IMG/VR virus record: IMGVR_UViG_3300047494_000061
Location: 5,801 to 69,800 of that record
Reading direction: 5' to 3' (one strand)
Source of the DNA: a virus
DNA: 64,000 nucleotides
The notes beneath the pieces are model-generated. The model had not been told where the DNA came from, did no database searches, and was given only the letters and a program-made list of their open reading frames with translations. A program made the translations under genes and the position numbers. This document shows positions 10,355-20,003 of this stretch, in pieces (positions within the stretch are counted from its first letter, which is position 1; the number at the start of each line of letters is the position of its first letter).

Positions 10355-10369
10355 ACGCAGAGTAGCAGA
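10355..10369 (-). promoter_or_regulatory. putative late promoter, copy 2
   Basis: ACGCAGAGTAGCAGA on + strand, intergenic. Confidence 0.8.
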
Positions 10370-10377
10370 TTCGATTC

Positions 10378-11088
10378 CTAGAAGTACGGGGTGCCACCGG
10401 CCGTAAGCGTCACGCCAGTTCCACGCTTTGTTCCACGTGGAAACTTGTTCTCGGCCTGGGACTGCATCACGATCAGGTTGGTGAAGTTTTGCTTGTTGCG
10501 CGCAAGGTTCTTTTCGAGCCTCGGCCCCAACTTCCCCATGCCGCCGTTCAGGTCGGCCACAAAGCAAGCCACCTGAAGCGCCAACAGGCTGCCAATTCCC
10601 CGCATGACCTGGCCAGCGCTGTCGTAGACCGTCTGCGTCAAAGCGAAGAAGTAGACCCTCAGAGTCACTGCCGCGCCCCAGCTCGGCGTGGTCTGGATCG
10701 CTCCTCCCGCCCACCGGTATTGCTGGCAGCCGATATTGCCCTGCTGCACGTCGTCGAGTTCGTTGACGTTTTGGGATTGGACGTAGGCCGTGTCCGGCTG
10801 GCCCTGAATCTTCCAATCAATTCTCTTCGGGCGCATGAGGTACTGAAGAGGCTGCCCCGGCGCGAAATAGGGAGTCAAGTCGTTCGGCGCGGCGGTCGAG
10901 ACAGGAATATTAAAAATCGCGATAGCCTCTTCCTGCTGCACTCCTAGTCTTTCGAGCATGATCTGGAGTTCTTCGTTCTCTTGATCCACGTAGGGGCGGA
11001 GATAGTCGGCGGAGAAGCGTATGCCGGAGGGATCGTCCAGCAGCGCCTGCGCCCGCGTAATCACCGCGCCTACGGTCATTATCGACAC
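10378..11088 (-). CDS. head-tail adaptor protein
   Basis: MTVGAVITRAQALLDD...LRPYVDQ N-terminal helical pattern typical of podovirus adaptors; precedes the nozzle gene. Confidence 0.6.
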   Translation of the reverse strand: MSIMTVGAVITRAQALLDDPSGIRFSADYLRPYVDQENEELQIMLERLGVQQEEAIAIFNIPVSTAAPNDLTPYFAPGQPLQYLMRPKRIDWKIQGQPDTAYVQSQNVNELDDVQQGNIGCQQYRWAGGAIQTTPSWGAAVTLRVYFFALTQTVYDSAGQVMRGIGSLLALQVACFVADLNGGMGKLGPRLEKNLARNKQNFTNLIVMQSQAENKFPRGTKRGTGVTLTAGGTPYF

Positions 11089-11104
11089 GAATCAACTCCT
11101 CTTC

Positions 11105-12226
11105 TTACAGATTTTTCTTGCCGCCGACCGCATCGGCGATCGCCCGCGCCTGGTCCGCATTCCTGCGCTCAAGCTGCTCGTCGTCGTTCTCCATCATGCG
11201 AAGCACGGCGATGCTCTTGGGCTTCATTCCGCCCAGCTTGAGGCGTTCTTTCTTCTCTTCGATGGTCTCGGCGACGTAATCGGAGATGCCCATGTCCTTG
11301 ACGACATCCCGCGTCAAACGTTCGAGCGAAGGATCGCTCTCCGAGATCGCGCCAATCTCGTAAGCCTTGCGCGGATTGATGATATAGCCGCAGTTCGGAG
11401 TCGTGCATGTGCTCGCGCCGAACGTCGAGCGGGCCTGGCAGCTTGGACAAACCGGCACGGTCTGCTTCAAGTCCACAGTCTTCTGCACCCATTTGGGCAG
11501 TTCCTTGATGACTCCAAGCCAATGCAGCCGGCGCGCGGATGCCTTTTGGGTGTTCGTGGTCGGCTTGTCCATGCGGTCGAGATCGTCTCCGGCCTCGACA
11601 TGGCGCATCATCCACTCGACGGCGGCGACTCGGGTAGCCTCGAAAACCTCGCCGTAAGTCCTGCCGTGGTGTTGCTCCTCGGTGCTTTTCCGCGCTCGCC
11701 ACTTAGGGTCCTCGATATCGGCAGGAACGCCGAGAAACGACATTACGCCTTTGTCGTTGGAGTCGCTGAGAGATTTGGCGAGAACGATCGGATGCTGGTC
11801 GATGGGGATGAGAGGGCTGTCGATGCCGACGCGGGTGGGTTCAAAGAAGCATTCGTCGAAGTAGCAGGTTGTGTAGTTCTCGCCGTCTTTTGGAGGGGCC
11901 AGCATGAAGCCTGGGTAGCGAAGCGGATCGAGAGTCGCGTCGGAGACGAGCGGGATAGGAAGAAAGTTGACGACTGTCGCCGTGGTCACGCCGTAGGCTC
12001 GAATGCGGCCCTTGGTTGATGCCAAGTTGCGCTCGTACTGCTTATCGACCCGGCGCCCTAGAGCCTCGTGGTTGATCGCGCCAATCTCTCGAGAATTGTC
12101 TCCAAAGGTCACGCGCTCGACGGCGGTTGTCGTAATGCCTTTATCCCGCACATAGGTCGTGCGTTCTGCCGCGACCGCAGGCGGCGTGCTTTCGAGCGTC
12201 AATCCATACTCCGCTACTTCTGCCAT
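11105..12226 (-). CDS. hypothetical protein with zinc ribbon (CPSC...CTTPNC)
   Basis: 373 aa ORF with GGAGG RBS; Cys cluster near the C-terminus. Confidence 0.6.
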   Translation of the reverse strand: MAEVAEYGLTLESTPPAVAAERTTYVRDKGITTTAVERVTFGDNSREIGAINHEALGRRVDKQYERNLASTKGRIRAYGVTTATVVNFLPIPLVSDATLDPLRYPGFMLAPPKDGENYTTCYFDECFFEPTRVGIDSPLIPIDQHPIVLAKSLSDSNDKGVMSFLGVPADIEDPKWRARKSTEEQHHGRTYGEVFEATRVAAVEWMMRHVEAGDDLDRMDKPTTNTQKASARRLHWLGVIKELPKWVQKTVDLKQTVPVCPSCQARSTFGASTCTTPNCGYIINPRKAYEIGAISESDPSLERLTRDVVKDMGISDYVAETIEEKKERLKLGGMKPKSIAVLRMMENDDEQLERRNADQARAIADAVGGKKNL

Positions 12227-12263
12227 CTCTTTCCTCCAACGTCACAGGACTTTGTAGTTCTTC

Positions 12264-12989
12264 TTAGTTGCCATAATTGCTGAAAATACCTGCCTTCTCT
12301 GCTGCAATCTGGCGCGCTCGGCCGCCATCGAGGAAGGTAGAAAACAGAGGAGACATTGCAACCATATTGGCAGCCGACGCTTCCCGGTTCCACTTTTCAG
12401 AGGCTTGCGCGTCTTCCTGTTCAGCTTCATACGTTCTCATTCTGACATACGCCCCCGCTTCCATCGCCAGAGTCTCGTCCCGCATGAGTTCCCACTGCTC
12501 CACGAGACGATCCAAGAAGGGTCCTGTCGGAGCCTCTGGATAGGGACCTCCGATCAGAATGTACTCGCCCTTGAATGGATACGGCCCTAGCTTTGGAATG
12601 GAAGTTCCTGGCACGACTCTCTGCTCCCATTCAACCGGCGAACCGAAATAGGCGGGTGCCATCCAACGTTCGAAGATCCAGCCGGGAGCGTGGAACAGAA
12701 TGGGGTATTTCGGAACTTGGCGCATTTCGACAACTTGGCGCTCGGCGCGGCAATTAGGAGTCACGCCTTTGCCTGTCTGGTCGGCCACCAGCGAACCTCT
12801 GAGCGCTGTGGGAAGGTTCTTGTCCCAATCGCTCCATTCGCCTCCCGAGAGGGCTGTGACGTACTGGGAATGAACGATGCGATAGAACTGGAATCCCATG
12901 AATCCGCAGCCGTGGCGTTGGCTGAGGTATTGATTTGTGTCCTGCGGTTCTGGCCCGCTGTAGCCGTCGTTCTCTCGGTGATCTCGCAT
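12264..12989 (-). CDS. hypothetical protein in head/neck cluster (241 aa)
   Basis: ATG with AGGAG RBS; tight packing with neighbours. Confidence 0.6.
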   Translation of the reverse strand: MRDHRENDGYSGPEPQDTNQYLSQRHGCGFMGFQFYRIVHSQYVTALSGGEWSDWDKNLPTALRGSLVADQTGKGVTPNCRAERQVVEMRQVPKYPILFHAPGWIFERWMAPAYFGSPVEWEQRVVPGTSIPKLGPYPFKGEYILIGGPYPEAPTGPFLDRLVEQWELMRDETLAMEAGAYVRMRTYEAEQEDAQASEKWNREASAANMVAMSPLFSTFLDGGRARQIAAEKAGIFSNYGN

Positions 12990-13005
12990 GTGCTCCTAAT
13001 GCAGA

Positions 13006-13036
13006 AAAACGCCGGACCCAGGTTCGAGTCCGGCGC
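13006..13036 (-). terminator. rho-independent terminator
   Basis: Minus strand CGCCGGACTC-GAACCT-GGGTCCGGCG followed by TTTTT, just after the stop at 13052. Confidence 0.7.
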
Positions 13037-13051
13037 ATTTCCCTATTTGCC

Positions 13052-13834
13052 CTAGTTGAGAATGTTGTAGTTGTAGACCGCCGTATTGCCGGTGCCGCAA
13101 GTGGCGCTGAAACTCGTGCCAGGGGTGCTTGCGGTGATGTACGGATTCCCGACGGCCGCCGTGCCCGACTTCCAACTGATGACTACATCGGAAGTTGCCA
13201 AGTAGAGCGCGTTTGCGACCACGATGGTGCCACCAGAGGTGCAAGTGAATGTGCCTTTTCGTGAACCGCTGTTCAGCACTACGCCGCCGCTAGTGGCCGC
13301 CGTGGGCAAAGTACCAGCATTCCCCGATGCGATCGGCAGGGTCTGGGTAAGCACGTTCGACCCGGAAGGAGTCGGAAACCAGTTCGCTTCCCCGTTGCTC
13401 GTCGCTCCAACCCACACCTGATAGTAGGAAGCGTAAGGCACGGGAGTGCAGGTCCATGTGATGCTTCCTGCAGCCGTGGTCGTCACCAGAGCCGACTCGG
13501 TACTCGGCAGGGCAATGCCGCCGTACCAGTCGACCGCGACGCATTTGGCGTAGTTCGCGCCAGCCGCGACGGTGCCGGTCGTGTAAGATGGAGCGCCGGT
13601 GACGGCGGCGGCAGGACCAGGAGTCATGCCTACTTGAAGGCTGTCCAAAAATCCTAGGCCGCCGATGAAGACGTTCTTCGCGAAGTAGGAATTGTTTGAC
13701 CCGTCCTGCCCGCCTACTTGGTAGATCGACGGGGAGTTCTGGAATCCGGGATTGATCTGCTGTGGAGTTTGAGCGACCGCACCAACCGTTGCCAGTGCGA
13801 GCACCGATGCGAAGAGTGATTTCATTACTTTCAT
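13052..13834 (-). CDS. putative capsid decoration protein with Sec signal peptide
   Basis: Immediately after MCP; begins MKVMKSLFASVLALATVGAVA|QTPQ; Thr/Gly-rich beta domains with 4 Cys. Confidence 0.55.
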   Translation of the reverse strand: MKVMKSLFASVLALATVGAVAQTPQQINPGFQNSPSIYQVGGQDGSNNSYFAKNVFIGGLGFLDSLQVGMTPGPAAAVTGAPSYTTGTVAAGANYAKCVAVDWYGGIALPSTESALVTTTAAGSITWTCTPVPYASYYQVWVGATSNGEANWFPTPSGSNVLTQTLPIASGNAGTLPTAATSGGVVLNSGSRKGTFTCTSGGTIVVANALYLATSDVVISWKSGTAAVGNPYITASTPGTSFSATCGTGNTAVYNYNILN

Positions 13835-13875
13835 TTCCGTTTCCTCTCTTGGCTTCACGTCTCTTAGCGTTCTTA

Positions 13876-13897
13876 AGGGCGACTCGAAAGCCGCCCC
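13876..13897 (-). terminator. hairpin / partial terminator after major capsid gene
   Basis: GGGCGGC-TTTCGA-GTCGCCC stem-loop with a weak U tract. Confidence 0.5.
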
Positions 13898-13910
13898 TAA
13901 GTGGTTGGTT

Positions 13911-15185
13911 TTAGTAGCCGGTCGGCTCAGGCAGGCCCGAGATGTACGACTGGGATTTGAGATTGACCACGTAATACTGAACAGTGTCGATCATAAAGCT
14001 CGACATTACGCTGGTCGGCTGTCCGTTGGTGCCGATCTGCCGGAAGATGGTCCTGCCCTGGTCGTTCAACCAGAACGGCGCATCGCCCCAGCGAATCTTT
14101 TCCCAAGTCTCCAGATTCAGGAAGTCCACGCGAGAGATATTGCCGTGGATGTTCTTGACGAAGATATTGCCAGCCACCTTCATATCGCCAGTGGTCAACA
14201 GGTCGAAGCCGGTGCCCACGGTGCCATCGTTCTTCCAGAAGTTCGTCAGCGACAGGCCCGACTGTTCGTATTGAGCTTGCTGGCCGGGGGCCATGTGCAT
14301 CTTGAACTTGCCAGCCTTGACCGCATCCTCGCCGATGGAGTGGATGATCTGATCCAGCCCCAGACGGAAGAGCGGAGGAGTCAGCGACGATCCCGCCGCC
14401 GCCACGCCGTTCGACAGGATGAAGTTGTTGGCCGCCTGAGTCCTGTCAATGCCGATGGTCATGCCGACCGGGGAATTGTTGTTCCAGTAGGGCAGGCCAT
14501 AGACGAACTGGGGAGCGCCGGAGACGAGGTTGTTGAACCGCAGAACGGTTCCGCCGGCATAAGCGTTGTCAACAGTGAGGATCTGGGTCGCGCCGATTGT
14601 CTTCTGCACCGCAGTGACGTTCGAAGTTCCCACATACGCCAAGCCGTTGTAGACGTCGATGTTGTTGCCCTTGTCGAACAGGCGCGCGCCGAAATCAGCC
14701 GAAGACAGGGTATAGGTTCCCCCAGCGCCCGCAGTCGTTGCGGTGATGGTTCCCCAGTATCCTGTGCCGTCGCCGCAGCAAAGGCTTTCATCGCGGGTCA
14801 GTTTTAGTTGCTCGGTCGCGCCGCGCATGGTCTTGTCGACCACGTTGGCGACGGCCAGCATCGAACTGGTAGTGGTGATATCCGCCAACTCGGTCCAGCC
14901 GACAGGAACGGCCCAGGAGACGGGCTGCATGACGCCGTACTGCCAATCGGGAGAACCCGGAGCCGGGTAGTTTGCCGCCGCGTCCAGCGCGATCGCCGAC
15001 CGGATGCCGGGGATTGCGTCTTGGAACGTGACGCGGTACGAATGCTCGGAAACTTTGGTAGCCTTGCCGCTGGAGGAAATGAGCGCGTCCAGCTTGGAGT
15101 CCTTTTCAACCAGCAGTTGCGGCTGGTTCCAGACGCCTTCGAGCATGACCGCCGCCGCACCAACACTTGCCTGGAGAGCTGCCAT
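13911..15185 (-). CDS. major capsid protein (HK97 fold, about 424 aa)
   Basis: Start MAALQASVG after GAAAGGA RBS; follows portal and scaffold; RDESLCCGDGTG and TIGIDRT resemble conserved MCP motifs (..GDGTG.., GI.R). Confidence 0.75.
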   Translation of the reverse strand: MAALQASVGAAAVMLEGVWNQPQLLVEKDSKLDALISSSGKATKVSEHSYRVTFQDAIPGIRSAIALDAAANYPAPGSPDWQYGVMQPVSWAVPVGWTELADITTTSSMLAVANVVDKTMRGATEQLKLTRDESLCCGDGTGYWGTITATTAGAGGTYTLSSADFGARLFDKGNNIDVYNGLAYVGTSNVTAVQKTIGATQILTVDNAYAGGTVLRFNNLVSGAPQFVYGLPYWNNNSPVGMTIGIDRTQAANNFILSNGVAAAGSSLTPPLFRLGLDQIIHSIGEDAVKAGKFKMHMAPGQQAQYEQSGLSLTNFWKNDGTVGTGFDLLTTGDMKVAGNIFVKNIHGNISRVDFLNLETWEKIRWGDAPFWLNDQGRTIFRQIGTNGQPTSVMSSFMIDTVQYYVVNLKSQSYISGLPEPTGY

Positions 15186-15243
15186 CGGGATAGTCCTTTC
15201 TCTGTGTATTGCTGCTCGGTTGCTGGAACGCGATGCGATGTCT

Positions 15244-16725
15244 TTAAGCGGCAAGACCCTTGAGTTTGGGATTCTGAAGCATCATGTGTACCGTGATGTC
15301 CGAACCCTTCGGCTCTCTCCCCGGATTCGCCGCTCTCCAAGAAGCTTCGGCCGCGGCATATTCCTGTTGCGGACTTAGACTTCCGGTAGTGCGTGCTCCC
15401 GGCTGGAGGGATGCACCGCCATTGACTTCGCTGCGAGCGTTTTCCGCTCGTGCGGCCTGTGCTGCTTGACGTGACTCGACCTTGCCCTTGACCGCAACGC
15501 CAGCTTCCCGAAGGATGGGCCGGGCGATTCGCGGAAGATTATCGCGGGTGAATTGCTTGGCCAGCGCTTCTTCTTCTGCGAGACGCGCGGGACTCGCGGG
15601 CTTCATGCGAATCTGCGCTCTGCGGCTTTGATACGCGGCGTTGTTTTTGATCGCGGCCTTGAAATCGGTCTCGATCTGTTTTTCCACCGCGCTGCGGGTA
15701 AATTTATCCAGCCCGGTCGCCAGTCCCAGCAGGCTTCCGACCTCGGTCTCGTACAGCGATTGGAGCTTGCCGTTGAGAGTGGAGGTGTATTCCTTTTGGG
15801 CTGCCTGGGTGGAGGTTTCGCGTTCGGCCTTTAATCTGGCTTCCTGCGCGTCGAGTTCGGCTTTGCGAGCCGCAAGAGCGGGATCGCTGTCGGTGGTCTT
15901 ATCCGCTGTGGAGGGCAGCAGTCCTACACTCTCCATGACCAGATCCAGCGCCGCTTTTACGTTCTCATCGCCTTTTGCTGCTAGTTCTTCCACTTTGCGA
16001 ACCACGTTCAGCGCAAGCCAGCGCTTTCCGACGGTCTGCAAAAACTTGCTTGCGGTCCCATCGGTGAGGATGGTTCCCTTTTCGTCCCGGCGAATCTCGC
16101 CGTTCTCGTCCCGCAAAGCCGATCCTTCGATCAGCTTGTTGATGAAGGACGTAGTTCCCTTTTCAACGTCCTGCGAGACCTGGCTAAAGGCTTCCGAGAA
16201 TCCCGCGTACGTTTGCGCCGTCTCGACCGCAATTTCCGCTTCGGCGGGAGACGCGAAGTATTTTTCATAGGCGGCGCCGCGTTCGGCAAGACGCGCATTC
16301 GCCAGAATCTCGTTGCGGGTGTCTTGATCCAAAGCGGCCTTGAGAGCCGGGTTTGCTTCGATTTTGGCGGCAAGGTCTTTCGCTCCAACGAAACCGTCTT
16401 CGTCGAGCGAGTAGCCGGGTTCGTCTTCCTGCGCGGCGGGAGTCGCTTCCGTAGTGGCAGCAGGCTCCGCTTTGGCAGGCTCGGCAACCGTAGGCTCGGC
16501 CGCAGGAGTCGATGGAGTCGCGGGAGCGGCGCTTAGATCGTCGTTGAAGCCTTTGGACTTGGCGGCTTCGACCATCGCATTGACAGACTGGTCGTGCGAG
16601 AGAGCGCCGGTATTCGGGGTCGCGACAGGACTCGGCGTGGCTGCCGGAGAAGGGGTTGCGGCTGGCGCTGCCGCAGGTGCGGCGGCGGCGGGGGCGGAAG
16701 ACGGAATTGTTGCGCTGGTTGCCAT
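15244..16725 (-). CDS. capsid scaffolding protein
   Basis: Pro/Ala-rich disordered N-terminus plus long coiled coils; between portal and MCP. Confidence 0.65.
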   Translation of the reverse strand: MATSATIPSSAPAAAAPAAAPAATPSPAATPSPVATPNTGALSHDQSVNAMVEAAKSKGFNDDLSAAPATPSTPAAEPTVAEPAKAEPAATTEATPAAQEDEPGYSLDEDGFVGAKDLAAKIEANPALKAALDQDTRNEILANARLAERGAAYEKYFASPAEAEIAVETAQTYAGFSEAFSQVSQDVEKGTTSFINKLIEGSALRDENGEIRRDEKGTILTDGTASKFLQTVGKRWLALNVVRKVEELAAKGDENVKAALDLVMESVGLLPSTADKTTDSDPALAARKAELDAQEARLKAERETSTQAAQKEYTSTLNGKLQSLYETEVGSLLGLATGLDKFTRSAVEKQIETDFKAAIKNNAAYQSRRAQIRMKPASPARLAEEEALAKQFTRDNLPRIARPILREAGVAVKGKVESRQAAQAARAENARSEVNGGASLQPGARTTGSLSPQQEYAAAEASWRAANPGREPKGSDITVHMMLQNPKLKGLAA

Positions 16726-16729
16726 CGAC

Positions 16730-16744
16730 ACGCAGAGTAGCAGA
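16730..16744 (-). promoter_or_regulatory. putative late promoter, copy 3 (near-leaderless scaffold mRNA)
   Basis: Same 15-mer; the -10 hexamer is 8 nt from ATG 16725 and there is no RBS. Confidence 0.75.
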
Positions 16745-16752
16745 TCGCACTT

Positions 16753-19164
16753 TTAGGGCGAGGGAGGTTGCCCACCTTTAGTGTTTGCCGCCGCCTGCGC
16801 CGCCTGCATCTGTTCGGCGGCCTGCTCTTTGGCCATCTGAGCGGAAATAGCGAGAAAGGCGAGAACGTTTCCGTATCCTGTCGGATTCGATTCCGCTTGC
16901 TCCCAGTTTCGCTGCAGCCATTTCTTCGCGAGAATCGTGCAGACCTGGGGGTCGTCGATGCGGAAGTCGGGCATGATCGACGGGATCACGATCAGCTTCG
17001 GGGAGTTCGGGTCTTGCGGATTCAGTGCCGGGTTCGGCTTCGATATCGGTCCGTTCGGGTCTTGCGACAGCCGATGCAGGATCGTTTTAATTTTCGCTCT
17101 CTCAGGCTCGGTCGAGAGCTCCATCCCTTTCGGCAGGACATAATGGGCCACCTCGTTGGCGATATCGGGATCGCTGAGCATTTGGGTTATGAAGGGAAGC
17201 TTCTGGTTTTCTGCCAGCAATTGCTGAACTCGCGCCTGTTCTTCCGTGTAGGTTGCCGGGAATCCTTCGGTATCTTCCGGGTAAGTGAAGAAGTTCCCGC
17301 CAAGTTCCGACTTCAACATCCGAACCGTATTCCAGCCGTCGCCGGAGTCGTTCTCTTCGACGATCTTGATCTCCTCGTCCATGTTGTCCACCGAGCACAT
17401 GACCGAGAGTTTGGCTCTTTGCGCTTTCTCGGAGCGCATCTGGTTCAAGTATTGCTTCAGCCTTCCCAGCGCCGTGTTGAGCGCCTGTTCCTGCCCTTCG
17501 GCCGTCTGGACGTTCTTGTCCGACCCGCCAAATACTTGCGGCATAACTCCCACGAGGAACTGGGCTCGGGTGGTGAGCGTGTCGGGATACTTGTAAATCT
17601 CCGAATCGATCTGGAAGGTCATTTGATGGAACAACTGATCCAGCGGGACTCGCTGCCCGGTCTCTTCGTCAGTCCTGCTGACTCCGGTCAAGTTCCCTGG
17701 AGTCAGAACCTTGTTCTGCATCGCGTTGCCGTCGATGTAGTCGGCGTCGTAAAGCATCGTCCCGTAGGCGACGCGATCCATGTAGGCGTCGATCTTGTTG
17801 ACCGCCCCGGTGACTCGCTCTTGCACGTCCAGGCAAGGCTTTCCAACCGCAGGAGGATAAGCGCCGGCGCCCTTGAACGTCCCGCACCATGTCCAATGCT
17901 TGCGGCAATCCTCGTTCTTCGCGTCAAGGAAGGTTTCGTCGTTCGTTAGAACCAGCTTGCATCCTTCGGGATAGCGGCTGGCGAGCTCTTGGGCGAGTTC
18001 CTGATCTTCTAGTTCGTTGAAGGTCTCGGCTTTAATCCAGCAACGGGAATAGCTGACATTTCCTTCAAGAATGATGGGGCGATTGTTCGATCCTGGAGTA
18101 GTTTGTCCCGCGCGACCCGTGGCCGCCATGTCTCCGCCCGAAGCCGTGTCCGTTCCGCGCCCTGGCGTGATTTCGGAATATCTTTCAGGGTAAGCCGACC
18201 TGATCTTTGAAGCGGCTATTTCGATCGTGTAGTCGAGGATTTCGGTCTCTGCGATCGGATCGCGAATGCAGTCTGGGTTGATATCGACCATCAAGCCGTT
18301 CACGACATCGTAGGCCGTCATGCCGTTGGCGACTTCTACTTGTCCTGTCACCTGCGGCAAGTCGAGAGTTTGGCCTTCATACCAGTCCTTTTGGGCAAGA
18401 GGTTGGCCGCACTTGGCGCAATTCGGATCGTCTCCGAACGGGCTGGAGTTTTGATCGCCAGGGTTGGCGGTTCCGCAGTTCGAGCAAAGATAAGAGTCCG
18501 GCGAGACCTTCGCGGAGACTATGCCGATCTGATCCTGCTTCGAGGTTCCAGCGCGATCCTTGTCGATCACATACCGGACATAGGTGAAGTAGCATCCAGT
18601 CAACCAAAGATAGAGAAGTTCCAGCTGCTGAAGAGACAGGACATCGTTCATCCGGTCGTTGTAGCCGGAGATCGTCGTGCCTTTTTTTGCGATCTGGATG
18701 TCGTCTTCGTCCTGCGCGTCCACCGGCTGCCAAATGATGCCGCCCATATCGACCATCAGCGCCGCGATAAAGATCATGGCGAACGCTTGGTAGATGTTGT
18801 CGTTGTGGGCGTATAGCTGGGGATCGTCGCCCTGGCCCAAGAATCCCTGCATGAGCTGGTTGATCGTGTCGAGCGCCGCGGACTGGTCGTTCAGCAGGGC
18901 ATAGGTGTTTCCACGCAGAGCTTCGATGGAGCGCATCGCCTCCGACACGAATCTCATGCGCTTGGGCTGGTAGCGCGTCTTGAATGTCCTGCGGAGTTCG
19001 ATCAGCGCGGCCTTGCACCGTTCGTCGAGTTGATCTGCGGCTAGTTTCTGCTCTGCAGTCTGGGGAGAATCGGTGGTCGCGTCGTCGCCGGAGGATTGCG
19101 GCGCTGTCGAGTTTGCATCTTGAGCGCTTAGCGCTGCCATAAGGGCCGGGGCCATCGTTGCCAT
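16753..19164 (-). CDS. portal protein (P22-like, 803 aa) with zinc-ribbon insertion
   Basis: Size and position before scaffold/MCP; motifs NIYQAFAMIF, PVDAQDEDDIQIA, LVGVMPQVFG; Gln/Ala-rich C-terminal helix. Confidence 0.75.
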   Translation of the reverse strand: MATMAPALMAALSAQDANSTAPQSSGDDATTDSPQTAEQKLAADQLDERCKAALIELRRTFKTRYQPKRMRFVSEAMRSIEALRGNTYALLNDQSAALDTINQLMQGFLGQGDDPQLYAHNDNIYQAFAMIFIAALMVDMGGIIWQPVDAQDEDDIQIAKKGTTISGYNDRMNDVLSLQQLELLYLWLTGCYFTYVRYVIDKDRAGTSKQDQIGIVSAKVSPDSYLCSNCGTANPGDQNSSPFGDDPNCAKCGQPLAQKDWYEGQTLDLPQVTGQVEVANGMTAYDVVNGLMVDINPDCIRDPIAETEILDYTIEIAASKIRSAYPERYSEITPGRGTDTASGGDMAATGRAGQTTPGSNNRPIILEGNVSYSRCWIKAETFNELEDQELAQELASRYPEGCKLVLTNDETFLDAKNEDCRKHWTWCGTFKGAGAYPPAVGKPCLDVQERVTGAVNKIDAYMDRVAYGTMLYDADYIDGNAMQNKVLTPGNLTGVSRTDEETGQRVPLDQLFHQMTFQIDSEIYKYPDTLTTRAQFLVGVMPQVFGGSDKNVQTAEGQEQALNTALGRLKQYLNQMRSEKAQRAKLSVMCSVDNMDEEIKIVEENDSGDGWNTVRMLKSELGGNFFTYPEDTEGFPATYTEEQARVQQLLAENQKLPFITQMLSDPDIANEVAHYVLPKGMELSTEPERAKIKTILHRLSQDPNGPISKPNPALNPQDPNSPKLIVIPSIMPDFRIDDPQVCTILAKKWLQRNWEQAESNPTGYGNVLAFLAISAQMAKEQAAEQMQAAQAAANTKGGQPPSP

Positions 19165-19167
19165 GAT

Positions 19168-19662
19168 CTATTTCCCCTCCGCAGCGTCGATCATGCGTTG
19201 AACGTGCGCCGGAACGTAGTCCGGCCGCGATGCTCCCGATTCCGGAATCGTGCCGACCGAGGCTTCTTCGAGAGTCCTGCGGGACTTTTGATATTTGTCG
19301 CGAACGATGTTTGCTTTGATACGCGCCACGGTTTGAGCGAGAACATAGGGATTCGCCGGTCCTCCAAGCTCTTTTGCCGCCGCTTTGGCTAGATCCTCGG
19401 GATTGTTTTCGTCGAGGCTCGCCCAGTCGACTTGATCGTCTTCTTTCTTCGGAAGATCTATCGGCTTGCGTCGGCGGGAAGCGACTATCGCAGGAGACAT
19501 GACGGCAAAATCATCAGGTAGCTGAACAGTCACCTTGACAGGCACCGGTTGAGCGATTCGCGCCTCCAAGGCGGCGATCGTCTCCTGCTGCCAACGAATC
19601 TGCGCGTTCTTGGCGCTGACGACATCTTCGTGATGCTCGCGCCCAATCCAAGGCCAACGCAC
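19168..19662 (-). CDS. hypothetical protein (164 aa)
   Basis: GTG start, packed upstream of the portal. Confidence 0.55.
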   Translation of the reverse strand: MRWPWIGREHHEDVVSAKNAQIRWQQETIAALEARIAQPVPVKVTVQLPDDFAVMSPAIVASRRRKPIDLPKKEDDQVDWASLDENNPEDLAKAAAKELGGPANPYVLAQTVARIKANIVRDKYQKSRRTLEEASVGTIPESGASRPDYVPAHVQRMIDAAEGK

Positions 19663-19663
19663 G

Positions 19664-19999
19664 TTAGTTCGTCTCCGATACCCTAACGGCTGTGGCCGCT
19701 CCCATAGACTTCACCTGGCAATAGACCGTGGCAGGGCAATTGGCCGCCGACAGTCCGTTCCATCCCGCAGGAGACCCCACAAGCGGTCCTACGCCGTTCG
19801 GCACGATATTGCCGATGATGATGGGCTGCTGCGTGGGAGGGTATTCGTCGGTGTTGCCGTTGGGCCACAGTACGATGAGTCCCGCGGCTGCGCCAGTGCC
19901 GTCTTCCTGAATGGCGACGCCGCGCGCGAACGTCTTGGCGGTGAGAGCGACGAATGCCGCGCCTGTGACTGCGATTGGCGCTTGAACCTGAATGCCCAT
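19664..19999 (-). CDS. small beta-rich hypothetical, possibly virion protein (111 aa)
   Basis: ATG 19999 with GGAGGG RBS (MGIQVQAPIAV...). Confidence 0.55.
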   Translation of the reverse strand: MGIQVQAPIAVTGAAFVALTAKTFARGVAIQEDGTGAAAGLIVLWPNGNTDEYPPTQQPIIIGNIVPNGVGPLVGSPAGWNGLSAANCPATVYCQVKSMGAATAVRVSETN

Positions 20000-20003
20000 C
20001 GTT

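Noticed and set aside
13010-13040. GGTTCGAGTCC resembling a tRNA T-arm or attP core
   Set aside because: No cloverleaf, the T-stem pairs incompletely, and it is explained as a minus-strand terminator.
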